60,796 nucleotides of DNA from an uncultured Bacteroidaceae bacterium (GCA_904502185.1 CAJGDX010000001.1:1-60796), one strand, 5' to 3'; positions 1 through 9,949 are shown, counted from the stretch's first letter. The notes: generated by a model not told the origin, from the letters alone. Made by a program: numbers and translations.

Positions 1-349
1 AAACGTTACAGTTGTTGATGATTGAGTAGTAATCCTTAACATCGAGATATTTGTTCTCTGAGTTTGCATCTACTGCAAAACGAGCGAGCTCCTGAATCTC
101 TGTTGTAGCACTCTTTTCATTAACCACCATGAGGTCGCCACGCAACTCACCGAACAATACCTGACGGTCGGCTACCTGCTGAACACTTTTCAGAATACCC
201 AGTACAGAGTAAACTGTGTCGTTAAGTGTCAAATCGGTCATGTCGTAGTCGACACGGTCTGACTCAACTTCAAGCATATCCTCGCACGAGCTCATGAAGA
301 GGGCGCCGCAGAGTAATATGCAAAGACTATAAATAAAATTCTTTTTCAT
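1..349 (-). CDS. SusD/RagB-family lipoprotein, N-terminal 116 codons only (gene runs off the left edge)
   Basis: Not in the ORF track because it is truncated. Manual minus-strand translation from the ATG at 349-347 gives MKKNFIYSLCILLCGALFMSSCEDMLEVESDRVDYDM...LFGELRGDLMVV...YYSIINNCNV. It has a lipoprotein signal plus Cys. The GELRxD ... Y..IN.CN pattern parallels the complete SusD-like ORF 9951-11747 (IWGELRADNM...YQTINYCNMLL). It lies 28 nt downstream of a SusC-like gene. Confidence 0.8.
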   Translation of the reverse strand, partial: MKKNFIYSLCILLCGALFMSSCEDMLEVESDRVDYDMTDLTLNDTVYSVLGILKSVQQVADRQVLFGELRGDLMVVNEKSATTEIQELARFAVDANSENKYLDVKDYYSIINNCNV

Positions 350-377
350 CATTTTAGAAATTTATGTTTTCCAAGTT

Positions 378-3300
378 TTATGAACCCCTCCGGCCTTTAC
401 CGACCGGCAAAGGCCGGAGGAAATTCATTGTATTACTTAGGTTATTGTTACATGAGAGGTTAATCTTAACACCCAAGTGGAAGCTGCGGCTCTGGGGAAG
501 CAGACCTGCATCTACACCTTGGTACAATACGTTGTTGCTAACCGAGAATTCGGGATCGCTACCCAAGTATTTGGTGAAAGTGAGAAGGTTCTCAGCTGCA
601 CCCCAAACGGTAACACCCTGAATCCATGTCAATGCAAGAGGCAAGTTGTAAGAGAGCTGTACCTTCTTGAGACGGAGGTAAGAAGCGTCCTCAATCCAAC
701 GGTCAGAGAAGCGGCTGTTGCCCATGGGGTCGCCGTAAGCTACGCGAGGCATGTTTGTCTCCTGACCATCGTAAGACCAACGGTTCAACACCGCCTTAGT
801 CTGGTTGAAGAAGTTGCTGCCACCCTCAAGCTGCTGACGGTAGTAGTTGTATGCGTCGTTACCCAATGAGTAGTTGAAGAGGATATCCAACTGCCAGTTC
901 TTGTAGTTCATCTTAGAGAAGATGTTACCATAGAGGTCGGGATGTGCATCACCAAGAACAACCTTGTCGGCTGAGTTGATTTCGCCATCACCTGTCATGT
1001 CAACGAATTTCACGTCACCTGCCTTGAAGTATGACTTGTTACCTGCTGCATCTCTCTGGTAGAGACCAAGTTCCTGAGCCTCTTTTGCAGATGCGATAAC
1101 ACCGTCAGTCTTGTAGCCGTAGAATGAACCTACTGCATCGCCTACGCGTGTGATAACCTCACCACCGTAAACGCTTACGGGGTCGAGTGTCTCGTCAAGA
1201 GCAGTTACCTCGTTCTTGTAGTGACCTGCAGAAGCGCCAAGTTCCCAAGTGAAGTTCTTGCTGTTGATAACCTTAGCATTGATTGATGCCTCGAAACCTG
1301 TATTCTCCATTTCGCCACCATTGCTCCAGTATGTACCCATACCTGTTACGTACTGGAATTTCTTTGCAACGAGAAGGTCTTTTGTCTGAGCTTTGTACCA
1401 GTCGAAAGAAACTGCTACACGGTCGTTGAAGAGAAGAGCGTCAACACCTACGTTTACACGGCTTGTTGTCTCCCATTTAACACCGTCGTTCTTAACGTTA
1501 CCGAGCTGAACACCCATCTGGCTGTCGGCATACTTGATAGCCTCGAGGTAGCTGCGTGCAGCGTAGAAGTTGATAGCGTCGTTACCTGCCATGTCGTAAC
1601 CTGCACGCAACTTCAGTGAGTTGATGCCGGGAACATTGAACCATGACTCAGAAGAGAGCAACCAACCTGCCTGTACTGAGGGGAATACTGCCCAGTTAAC
1701 ACCTGCAAAGTCAACACCGCCGTCAGCCTCCATACCGAAGCGTGAAGAAGACTCCATAGAAACGGTTCCCTGCAAGAAGTAACGTGTGAAGAGGCTGTAG
1801 TCTGCGTTCAAGTACCATGCCATGTTCTTCCACTGGTTGTTGTCACCATTGTCGGTAAGGTTGTTCTGGCTCTTATCGATGTTGGTAGAGTTGTCGTTAC
1901 CTGAGTTCACAGCTGAAAGGTAGTTACCGTCCATCTGGAAGTTAGTGTAACGGAATCCGCCGAACACGTTGAACTGGTGAGCGCCGAATGCCTTCTTCCA
2001 AGATACACGTGTATCGCTGGTGATAGAAGCCTCTTTACCGAAGTATGAAGCAAGCTTGTTACCTACGCTACCGTAGTTCTCGCGATAGAAGTGATACTGT
2101 GTATCAGCGGGAGAAGCGCCATAGGGGAGGTAATATTTCTCGCTCATGCGGTGGAGTGAGTAGTTGAAGAGCTCAGTAATCTTGAAGTTGCCAAGTGTGA
2201 ACTCGGGAGCTACTGTCAATGTGAACTGTGTGTACTCCTGGAAGTTCTTGTTCTCACCGTCACCAGCCTTGATGATTGTAACGGGGTTGTAGTATGAGCT
2301 TCTGCGAGCCTCAGGTGCACCTGCCTTTGACAATACGTCGTAAACAAATGTATCTGATGAATCGAAGATTGAAGTAATCTGGCTCTGACCTGTCTCCATA
2401 GAGAACTTATAGGGGCTGAGGAAAGGAGCCTTGATTCTTGAGAGGAAGCCGATAGAAGAGATAGGAGCTGACTCATACTCTTCGGGGGCACCATCGTCGA
2501 GCAACGCACGCTGAACACGGCTGTAACCGATGTCGAAACGTGTCTTGAAGTTCTTGGCAAGTTCGATGTCAGTGTTGAAGCGGATGTTCAAACGGTTGAA
2601 GTCGTTAGCCTCGTATGTGCTCTGTGAACCAGTGTAACCGAGTGAGAAGTTGTACATAGCAATCTCATCACCACCCTCTACGCCGATTTTGTAGTTCTGT
2701 GTAAATGCCTCACGGTATACATAGTCTGCCCAATCGGTTTCGTTGTGGTACATGTTGTAGTAAGGATAGTCGGGGTTGCTCTGGAGGAAAGAGTGTTTGA
2801 ACATTCTGTCGCTGTCGAGAGTACCTACCAACTCGTTGGCGTATGTACGATACTGCTCTGCACCCATCATTTCGGGGAGGTTGGGTGTAAGTGTCACACC
2901 ACCGTAGATGTTTGCAGTAATACGTGTAGCCATGCTCTTACCACGTTTTGTAGAGATAAGGAGCACACCGTTTGCTGCACGTGAACCATAGAGTGCTGTT
3001 GCATTCTTGAGAACCTGTACATCTTCGATATCCTCGATGTCGATAGCTGAAAGGATGTTGTTGTATGCACCCAAGTGAAGTGCGCCTGCATCCTCCTGCA
3101 AGTCGTAGATTACTCCGTCAACAACAACCAAGGGCTGTGTGTTGGCGTTGAGTGAGTTGATACCACGGATGAACATTGCAGCACCGATACCGGGAGTTGC
3201 CGAACGTGTGATTGTACGTACGTCAGCACCAAGGTTGTTTGCAATCTCAGCGTCTACTGTGATAGCGGGACCAACACCGATTTTAGTTGTGTTGGTTGCT

Positions 3301-3740
3301 GTGATAGCAATATCCTCGTTGTACTTTGTGCTGAAGTTATCTGTGTAGAGGTACACGTCAACTACCTCCTCGTTGCGTACGGGACGCTGAACGAATGCAT
3401 AACCGGGGGTAGAGAAGTTGAGCAATGTAACGTATGAGGGGATACCCAATTTATAAGCACCCTCTGCGTTGGTCATTGCGGTAACATTTTCGTATCCTGT
3501 TGCCTGAACGCGAACACCGGGGATAGGCTCTTTGGTAGCCGCGTCATAAACGACACCGGTGATTGTGCGTGCCACGACTATCTCAGAAGCCTTTTCGGCT
3601 TTCGCCGAAACGGTATCGTTCGCTTCATAACCGCCTGAGACCATAGCGGAAACAGTAACGGTAGATGACATAAGCACTGCCAATGCCACCATTGCTTGCA
3701 TAATTTGTCGCATATACATAATTGATTTATTATTTTTCAT
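378..3740 (-). CDS. SusC/RagA-type TonB-dependent outer-membrane transporter (copy 2) with an unusual 25-aa C-terminal tail
   Basis: 1120 aa. Signal peptide, then a carboxypeptidase-regulatory-like N-domain (ITGVVYDAATKEPIPGVRVQATG). Plug motifs are present (NTQPLVVVDGVIYD; VQVLKNATALYGSRAANGVLLISTKRG). A long barrel ends in the SusC-type last strand SFHLGVKINL, followed by extra residues SCNNNLSNTMNFLRPLPVGKGRRGS. A SusD-like gene follows. Confidence 0.93.
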   Translation of the reverse strand: MKNNKSIMYMRQIMQAMVALAVLMSSTVTVSAMVSGGYEANDTVSAKAEKASEIVVARTITGVVYDAATKEPIPGVRVQATGYENVTAMTNAEGAYKLGIPSYVTLLNFSTPGYAFVQRPVRNEEVVDVYLYTDNFSTKYNEDIAITATNTTKIGVGPAITVDAEIANNLGADVRTITRSATPGIGAAMFIRGINSLNANTQPLVVVDGVIYDLQEDAGALHLGAYNNILSAIDIEDIEDVQVLKNATALYGSRAANGVLLISTKRGKSMATRITANIYGGVTLTPNLPEMMGAEQYRTYANELVGTLDSDRMFKHSFLQSNPDYPYYNMYHNETDWADYVYREAFTQNYKIGVEGGDEIAMYNFSLGYTGSQSTYEANDFNRLNIRFNTDIELAKNFKTRFDIGYSRVQRALLDDGAPEEYESAPISSIGFLSRIKAPFLSPYKFSMETGQSQITSIFDSSDTFVYDVLSKAGAPEARRSSYYNPVTIIKAGDGENKNFQEYTQFTLTVAPEFTLGNFKITELFNYSLHRMSEKYYLPYGASPADTQYHFYRENYGSVGNKLASYFGKEASITSDTRVSWKKAFGAHQFNVFGGFRYTNFQMDGNYLSAVNSGNDNSTNIDKSQNNLTDNGDNNQWKNMAWYLNADYSLFTRYFLQGTVSMESSSRFGMEADGGVDFAGVNWAVFPSVQAGWLLSSESWFNVPGINSLKLRAGYDMAGNDAINFYAARSYLEAIKYADSQMGVQLGNVKNDGVKWETTSRVNVGVDALLFNDRVAVSFDWYKAQTKDLLVAKKFQYVTGMGTYWSNGGEMENTGFEASINAKVINSKNFTWELGASAGHYKNEVTALDETLDPVSVYGGEVITRVGDAVGSFYGYKTDGVIASAKEAQELGLYQRDAAGNKSYFKAGDVKFVDMTGDGEINSADKVVLGDAHPDLYGNIFSKMNYKNWQLDILFNYSLGNDAYNYYRQQLEGGSNFFNQTKAVLNRWSYDGQETNMPRVAYGDPMGNSRFSDRWIEDASYLRLKKVQLSYNLPLALTWIQGVTVWGAAENLLTFTKYLGSDPEFSVSNNVLYQGVDAGLLPQSRSFHLGVKINLSCNNNLSNTMNFLRPLPVGKGRRGS
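387..420 (-). other. GC-rich stem-loop at the SusC/SusD junction (12-bp perfect stem CCTCCGGCCTTT / AAAGGCCGGAGG, 10-nt loop)
   Basis: Read directly from the sequence. It lies inside the last 14 codons of ORF 378-3740 and about 37 nt upstream of the SusD-like ATG at 349. Confidence 0.6.
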
Positions 3741-3749
3741 ACTCAGGGA

Positions 3750-5531
3750 TTATTCTCCGTCTGCCTCTACGGGTTCAAGAATTACGAAGTCTACGCGGAA
3801 CTTCTTGTTGTAATTCTTCTCCTGACGGCCTACGTTTGAAGCAACCTTAACTGTAACGTTGGTTTTCAGTTTGTCGATACCGAACTCGCTGTAGGGGAAG
3901 TTAACTTTGATGCGCTCACCTGTTTTGTCAGCAACCCAAAGTGTATCGATGCGAGTGGGGTCGTTGAACAAGTCAACTGATTTCTCAAGGTTCTTGGGAG
4001 CACCTGAACCGGTGTTAGCCTGTACTGTGATGACAACCTTGCTGGGGAGATACTCAGCGAGTTTCTCTGCTGAAAGGCTATCGGGGTTGTCATAGAATTC
4101 GGGTACAATTACCGCACCTACATAGTAGCTGCCTGAAAGTACCTCGGGGATTGTCCAAAGGAGTGAAGGTTTAGCACCTGATGAGCTACCTACAGCCTCT
4201 ACGTAAGTAAGGTTACGTTTGTCACCTTCGGGAACCTCGGGTGATACGTTGCTCTTGGCTACGTAACGTGTATAAGCCTCACCTGACTCAACGAACTTAA
4301 CCTTTGAGTTAGCTCTTGTCTCGCCCTGGTAGTCTACTCGCTCAGCCTCTACCTTGATGGTATCGTGCCAGAGATAGAAGGGTGAGAAGTTGAATTTGCT
4401 CTTTGTGTAGAAGATACCGTTTGAACACTCAACACCTTCGTCAGCACCATCCATAAGGTCTGCCATTGCAAACATACGGCGTTTGCCATTATATGCAGAG
4501 TATGTTGAAATCAATGAGTCGCGCTGGCCGTCACCATCCTCGTCGAGGTTACCGTTAGAGTCTGATGAGATAGCGGGCTGATCTTTGGGGCTGAATACCA
4601 TGTGGTTCAACAACATTCTGCGAGCATAGTACTTGCGGAGTGAATCGTTCTCGGCAAGAACAGATGCATCAGCCTTTGAATCGGCATAGTAGTTGAAGAG
4701 TTTCTCGATCTGGGGTACCATCTCTGTCCAAACATCGTTGGTGGGAACGAACATATAGAATGTTGAGTCCTCAGCTGTGATTCGGCCAAGACCAGCAGTA
4801 TATTTGTCGCCGCCTGTGTAGAACCAGATGTTAGAGTTTGTGAACTGTGAATCGAGGTAAGTCTGCTGACCCTTGATGGTGGGACCCTGGATACTTGAGA
4901 ACTCGTCGAACTCCATTACGTTGAATGAGTAGAGGAATTCTGCTACTGAGTCAACGTTCTCGGCGATTTCGAGGTACTCCCAAAGGTTGAGAGCGTAGCT
5001 TACTGAACCACTGATTTTGTGAATCAAACCGTTTGATACACGGATGTTGTAGTTTTCGGGAACTACCTCAAGGTTATCAAATGTATAACCATTCTCATAG
5101 TCACCTGCAAAGACAACCATCTTTTCGTTGAGAAGGAGGATGAAGTTGTTCTCATCCATTGCTTCTGAAGCAGGCTTCAGATAGTCAGCCATGTGTGACT
5201 TAACGAAGCGCTGAAGAACCCATTCGCGTTTACCATTCTCAATGTTATCCATCAGTTCCTGTTTGTTGAAAGAACCGTTAACAGGTGCCCACAGAGTGTA
5301 GGCGCGCGACTGGTTGAGCAGAGAGTCGGCACAACCGAGAGCATCTACTACTTCGTAAAAATCTGACAAGCTGGCGTCTGTCTTGATGTACTCAAGAATT
5401 GTACCATTCTTGGTGTTTGCGCCGTTGTCGCTGTAATGGTCGTCCCACTCCTCGGTACATGATGTTCCTACGAACATTGCACTCAGGAAGGCAACTGCCA
5501 TTAACATTCCATTTTTAAATTTTCTGTTCAT
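3750..5531 (-). CDS. Fasciclin (FAS1)-domain surface lipoprotein, 2 FAS1 modules plus a C-terminal beta-rich domain
   Basis: 593 aa. Lipobox ...GTSC is followed by acidic TEEWDD. FAS1 H1/H2-like motif pairs are YTLWAPVNGSF / SNGLIHKISG and YMFVPTNDVW / SNGIFYTKS. Confidence 0.75.
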   Translation of the reverse strand: MNRKFKNGMLMAVAFLSAMFVGTSCTEEWDDHYSDNGANTKNGTILEYIKTDASLSDFYEVVDALGCADSLLNQSRAYTLWAPVNGSFNKQELMDNIENGKREWVLQRFVKSHMADYLKPASEAMDENNFILLLNEKMVVFAGDYENGYTFDNLEVVPENYNIRVSNGLIHKISGSVSYALNLWEYLEIAENVDSVAEFLYSFNVMEFDEFSSIQGPTIKGQQTYLDSQFTNSNIWFYTGGDKYTAGLGRITAEDSTFYMFVPTNDVWTEMVPQIEKLFNYYADSKADASVLAENDSLRKYYARRMLLNHMVFSPKDQPAISSDSNGNLDEDGDGQRDSLISTYSAYNGKRRMFAMADLMDGADEGVECSNGIFYTKSKFNFSPFYLWHDTIKVEAERVDYQGETRANSKVKFVESGEAYTRYVAKSNVSPEVPEGDKRNLTYVEAVGSSSGAKPSLLWTIPEVLSGSYYVGAVIVPEFYDNPDSLSAEKLAEYLPSKVVITVQANTGSGAPKNLEKSVDLFNDPTRIDTLWVADKTGERIKVNFPYSEFGIDKLKTNVTVKVASNVGRQEKNYNKKFRVDFVILEPVEADGE

Positions 5532-5562
5532 ATTGTTTATTATTAAATTTATTTCTATTTAA

Positions 5563-7674
5563 TCAATAGCGGTCTTCGGGTTGTGAGGGGTCGGTTACGA
5601 TTGCCTTGGGAACAATCTCGAAGTAGTCGTGATGTCCTTGTGAATCGGTAGCCTGGTCCTCGCGTACGTTTTTCATACGGAACCAATGGTCACCCTCTGA
5701 AAGGTAGAACATACCGAGCACATATCGCATGGGATAGCTTGTCTCGCGTGTGTCTTTACCATTCTCAACCATAAACGAGGCAGGTGCTTTCATCCAGTTA
5801 CGGTTGTGCATCTCCTTGTCGTTTTCGGCTATCTCCAGTTCGTCGGCAAGTTCCGAGTCTTTGACGAAACCGATGAACTGCTCGGTAAGGTCATTTCTGC
5901 GGAGGTCTACAGGGATTCCTGTAGGTTTGCCGTCGATGTAGAACTGTACAACGCTACGGTTGGGGTAACGTGCATATCCTACACGAAGCTCGTATGTACC
6001 TGCGGGCACGTAAGGCATACGGTACTCGAAGTCGAAGAGGTTAGACGAGAGAAGCTCGTCACCCTGATAGTTGTTCCAGCCACTGGTACCACAAAGGTAG
6101 TAGAGCTCGCTGACTTCAGAGTTCATCTTGATGCGACTGCAATATCCGTCAGGTATGAAGAATACTTTCGCTTTGCTTGAACGGGTAGCCCAACGTACGT
6201 TGTTGTTGGTCATTTCGGGGAACCACGATGCAAAGTCCCAACGCATACGCTCGCGCAAAACATTACCTACCATTTCGTCCTCGTTGTAGATGAGCAGACG
6301 GTCGATGATGTGGATGCGGCCGTTAAGCGCATCGTCCTTGAGGTTGGGCATGTATGCCGTAGCCTTGCTAGGAGGAAGAACAATGACATTCAGGTGGTTG
6401 CGCATTCCTTCGTTTTTGAATGTTTTTCCACCATTCTGTGCATAGTTTATTACAACCTCCTGTCCATACACTTCGCTTGTCAAGGGACGTGTCACCTTGA
6501 TAAGTGTGTAGGGGAGCTTTGTTTCGAAGTAGTCGTAACGGTCGAACTGAGCGCCGTACATCATAGCCTCCGAGTTATAGTTGTCGGAGTAGTTTTCCAT
6601 TATGAAGCCGCCGGGGCCTGTACCGCTCGCATAGAGCAACTGACGGTCGAGTATGTGATATGCCACGAACTTGTAGAGTGCGTTGCGGGGACTTGAAGGA
6701 TCTTCGCGGTCCTCTGTTCCGTACCACTGTTCGCAATATTCACGTAACTGGTCGACAGTCTCTATTCCGTTCACTTTGAATACCGAGTCGGGCTCAAGGA
6801 ATATACTGTATTTATATTTCTTTGCCGAGGGGAAGAATGTAGAACCGGGATAGTTTGCGTTTACGTAAGCAGAACTATATGATTCGCCGCCGCGTGTGTA
6901 GGTGAGATCCTCTGTGTGACGCATCACTGAGTCGAGCATAGTCATTCTGAGAAGCTGTGCCCAGATGGCGAAATACTCTCTCTGAGAATCTACGAGGTCG
7001 GGGAGAAGAGCTGTAGAGGGGTTAAGCACAGCATCGAGTGTGTGTATAACTCCGTTCTCAACCTCCATGTCGCTCTCGATGATTCGTGAGTTGCTGTTCA
7101 ACAGGGGATAGACCATTGAGGTCTCCTCGTCAACTGTCCACACGATTGTGATGAAGCGGTCGTTCATATTGGGGCTGGGGAATGCACCCTCGGAAAGGTC
7201 TACCGTCAGGTAGCCCTTTTCCAAGAGGTGATTCTTCGCTATTTCGGTACATTTTTCCACTGAAAGAGAGTCGAGGTAGGGAGAATGAACGCCCGTGTCA
7301 CGAAAATCTTTCTCGGTAATCTCACCATTGGCCAATTTTTCTACCTGGTCCCAATAGATTGAGTCCTGTTCGATGAGGAAACGCTCTATCGCATCGTTTG
7401 TAGGAGCGAAACAGGTATATGTGCCGTATGTTGAAAGCAGGTGTCGCACGTTGCCGCCCTTACCTACCGTAGCCTTATCCAATATGTAAATAAAGCTGCT
7501 GTAGATATCGGAACGGTTCTCGAGGTAATCGACAACTGTTTCACCGGTGAAAGTGTAGCGGTTTGATTCATCTATGTCTTCAGAACAACCGGTAGCGCCA
7601 AGCACGACGCATAGGGACAAAACTTTAAGGGCTTTGTCAACGATTCTTCCTAATATGTTATTTCTGTATGACAT
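5563..7674 (-). CDS. Fasciclin (FAS1)-domain surface lipoprotein, 2 FAS1 modules plus a conserved C-terminal domain (paralogue of 7690-9867)
   Basis: 703 aa. Lipobox ATGC is followed by SEDIDE. FAS1 motifs are YTCFAPTNDAIERF / ENGVIHTLDAVLNPS and YSIFLEPDSVF / LNGRIHIIDRLLIY. The C-terminal block is ...VPAGTYELRVGY...QFYIDGKPTGIPVDLR...EGDHWFRMKNV...YFEIVPKAIVTDPSQPEDRY. Confidence 0.8.
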   Translation of the reverse strand: MSYRNNILGRIVDKALKVLSLCVVLGATGCSEDIDESNRYTFTGETVVDYLENRSDIYSSFIYILDKATVGKGGNVRHLLSTYGTYTCFAPTNDAIERFLIEQDSIYWDQVEKLANGEITEKDFRDTGVHSPYLDSLSVEKCTEIAKNHLLEKGYLTVDLSEGAFPSPNMNDRFITIVWTVDEETSMVYPLLNSNSRIIESDMEVENGVIHTLDAVLNPSTALLPDLVDSQREYFAIWAQLLRMTMLDSVMRHTEDLTYTRGGESYSSAYVNANYPGSTFFPSAKKYKYSIFLEPDSVFKVNGIETVDQLREYCEQWYGTEDREDPSSPRNALYKFVAYHILDRQLLYASGTGPGGFIMENYSDNYNSEAMMYGAQFDRYDYFETKLPYTLIKVTRPLTSEVYGQEVVINYAQNGGKTFKNEGMRNHLNVIVLPPSKATAYMPNLKDDALNGRIHIIDRLLIYNEDEMVGNVLRERMRWDFASWFPEMTNNNVRWATRSSKAKVFFIPDGYCSRIKMNSEVSELYYLCGTSGWNNYQGDELLSSNLFDFEYRMPYVPAGTYELRVGYARYPNRSVVQFYIDGKPTGIPVDLRRNDLTEQFIGFVKDSELADELEIAENDKEMHNRNWMKAPASFMVENGKDTRETSYPMRYVLGMFYLSEGDHWFRMKNVREDQATDSQGHHDYFEIVPKAIVTDPSQPEDRY

Positions 7675-7689
7675 AATGAGTTCAGGCTA

Positions 7690-9867
7690 TTAGTATTTGT
7701 CCTCGGGTTTAGCGGGGTCAGTGATTATACCACGGGGTACAATCTCAAAGTAGTTGTGCATGAACTCGGCTGCGGGGTTCTCCATCACACTCTTGAAGCG
7801 AATCCAGTGGTCGCCTTCTGTGAGCTGGAATGTACCGAGAATGATACGTGCCGAGTTTAAACCATCGCGCAAAGAGCCGTCACTTACGAACCATGAGGCC
7901 GGTCCCTTCATGAAGCCACGGGCACGACGCGCCTTGTCGTCCTCCTCTACTGCCTCTTCGCCCTCTGCTTTTATGATTTCAGAGTCTTTCACAAAAGCGA
8001 AGCGCTGTGCAACAAGCACACTACCGCTCTCTGTGCGGAGGTCAACGGGAATACCTGCAACCTTGCCGTCTACGTATGCCTGAGCCACACCACGGGTGTC
8101 GCAAAGACATGTACCGAGACGAAGCTCGTATGTACCCGCGGGCACGTGGGGGATACGGTATTCGAAGTCGTAGTTCGCAGCTGTGATAATCTCGTCACCC
8201 TGGTAGTCTGCCCATGATGAACCGTTACCCCAGTGAGGATAGAGGTAATACATGTTTGACTGTGAAGAGTTGAACTTGATACGCTCACAATAACCGTCGG
8301 GGATACGGTAGTATTCCCATTTTGTGCCGTAACCCTGAGTCTGACGGATACCGTTGTTCATAAGCTCGGGGAAGAAGGCCATGAAGTTCCAACGCATACG
8401 CTCGTTCAGGATGTTACCCTTCATCTCGTCGTTGTTGTAAACGAGAATCTTGTCGATGGGGTGAATCATACCGTTAAGAGCCTCCTGCTTGAAGTCCTCT
8501 TCGAAGCCCATCATCTCCTTGAACTCTGCCACGGGGATGACGCGTACATTCATGTGCTGACGCATTTCGGGGTTGAAGAAACGGGCACCCTTATCCTGTG
8601 CATAGTTGGCAACAATCTGGTTTGTAAGTTCGGGGATTGCTGATTCTGAGTAGGGCTTTGTGACCTTGATGGGTTTACCGTTGCCGAGCAATGTTTCGTA
8701 GTACTCGTAGCGGTCGAAACCTTTATTAGCGCCACCGGCTGTCTCTGAATCGTAGCCACCAACCTTGATGTTGTCCATTACGAAGCCACCGCTGTACTGC
8801 AACTGACGGTCTACAACGTGGTAGGCCAAAAGACGGTACAAGGGGTTATCGGGGCTTGTGAAGTCGTTGTAGTTGGGTGTACCCTCGTGGTAAGTGTCAC
8901 CATACCATTTGTTGGCGAAGTCGATGAGGTCTTTCTCCTCGAAAATGCCATACTGATTGAAGACGATGTCGGGGATTGCAAGGATTGTGTATTTCACATA
9001 GTGGGTCTCGGGAATGAGGGCGGGTTTTGCACCGTCTGCCTGCCATTCACGGTTCTTCAATGCACCATATTCGATGTTGGGGTCGTCGATTTTCACCTTG
9101 CGGATGCGTGACTCGATACCGGTCTTGAAAAGTGCGCCAGTGAAGAGTGAGAAACCTTTATCCTGATAGGTCTTCAAAAGGTCGGGAAGAAGTGCGTTTG
9201 AGGGGCTGAGCACGCGGTCAATAACCTGGATAACACCGTTCTCTACCTCATTGTCGGAGTTAACGATGAATGAGCTGTCGTTGAGCTTGATGCGTACTGT
9301 ACCTGCAACAGAGTCTGTTACCACCCAGTAGAGTGTGATGTAACGGTCGTTGAGGTTGGGCTCGGGGAATGCACCCTCAGAGAGGTCAACTGTCAGATAG
9401 CCTTTCTCAATTACGTGGTTCTTGGCAATCTCTGAACATTTCTCGTCGGTAAGATCGGTAAGCTCGGGTGAGTGGATACCTGTATCGTGGAAGTCAACAG
9501 AATCCATTGTACCATTTGCAAGAGCTTCGCAATCGGCTACCCATTTTTCGTACTGCTCCTTTACGTACTGCTCTACGGCAGCGTTCATGGGAGCAAAACA
9601 GGTATATGCACCGTATGTTGAGAGCAAGTGTTTGATGTTACCCTGACCATTTCTGCCAATGGTTGCTCTGTCGAGGATGTAGAGGAAGTTTGAGAATGAG
9701 TCGGAACGGTTCTCAAGGTAATCGACCACAGTCTCACCGGTAAAGGTGTATCGGCTTGACTTGTCGATTTCATCCGTACAGCTCTGTGCAACGAATCCTG
9801 AAAGACAGAATGTCAAGGCAGCGAAAGCTCCCAATATATTTTTGAAAATATTTCTATTAAATGACAT
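7690..9867 (-). CDS. Fasciclin (FAS1)-domain surface lipoprotein, 2 FAS1 modules plus a conserved C-terminal domain (paralogue of 5563-7674)
   Basis: 725 aa. Lipobox AQSC is followed by TDEID. FAS1 motifs are YTCFAPMNAAVEQY / ENGVIQVIDRVLSPS and YTILAIPDIVF / LNGMIHPIDKILVY. The C-terminal block is ...VPAGTYELRLGT...QAYVDGKVAGIPVDLR...EGDHWIRFKSV...YFEIVPRGIITDPAKPEDKY. Confidence 0.8.
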   Translation of the reverse strand: MSFNRNIFKNILGAFAALTFCLSGFVAQSCTDEIDKSSRYTFTGETVVDYLENRSDSFSNFLYILDRATIGRNGQGNIKHLLSTYGAYTCFAPMNAAVEQYVKEQYEKWVADCEALANGTMDSVDFHDTGIHSPELTDLTDEKCSEIAKNHVIEKGYLTVDLSEGAFPEPNLNDRYITLYWVVTDSVAGTVRIKLNDSSFIVNSDNEVENGVIQVIDRVLSPSNALLPDLLKTYQDKGFSLFTGALFKTGIESRIRKVKIDDPNIEYGALKNREWQADGAKPALIPETHYVKYTILAIPDIVFNQYGIFEEKDLIDFANKWYGDTYHEGTPNYNDFTSPDNPLYRLLAYHVVDRQLQYSGGFVMDNIKVGGYDSETAGGANKGFDRYEYYETLLGNGKPIKVTKPYSESAIPELTNQIVANYAQDKGARFFNPEMRQHMNVRVIPVAEFKEMMGFEEDFKQEALNGMIHPIDKILVYNNDEMKGNILNERMRWNFMAFFPELMNNGIRQTQGYGTKWEYYRIPDGYCERIKFNSSQSNMYYLYPHWGNGSSWADYQGDEIITAANYDFEYRIPHVPAGTYELRLGTCLCDTRGVAQAYVDGKVAGIPVDLRTESGSVLVAQRFAFVKDSEIIKAEGEEAVEEDDKARRARGFMKGPASWFVSDGSLRDGLNSARIILGTFQLTEGDHWIRFKSVMENPAAEFMHNYFEIVPRGIITDPAKPEDKY

Positions 9868-9907
9868 GAATTTTAAATTTTTGCGTTTAAAATTTATTTG
9901 TAACAGT

Positions 9908-9949
9908 CCTTTCTGCCCGCCGGGCTTTCACCCGGCGGAGGTAGAAAGG
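9908..9949 (-). other. Compound GC-rich stem-loop immediately after the SusD stop codon (possible partial terminator or RNA-stability element)
   Basis: Outer stem CCTTTCT/AGAAAGG (9908-9914 / 9943-9949). Inner stem CGCCGGG/CCCGGCG (9918-9924 / 9931-9937). Loop CTTTCA. It sits in the only long (83-nt) intergenic gap of the operon and has no clear U-tract. Confidence 0.5.

Noticed and set aside
364-869. Plus-strand ORFs of 85 and 130 aa at the SusC 3' end
   Set aside because: They are antisense to the SusC barrel and to the hairpin. No support.
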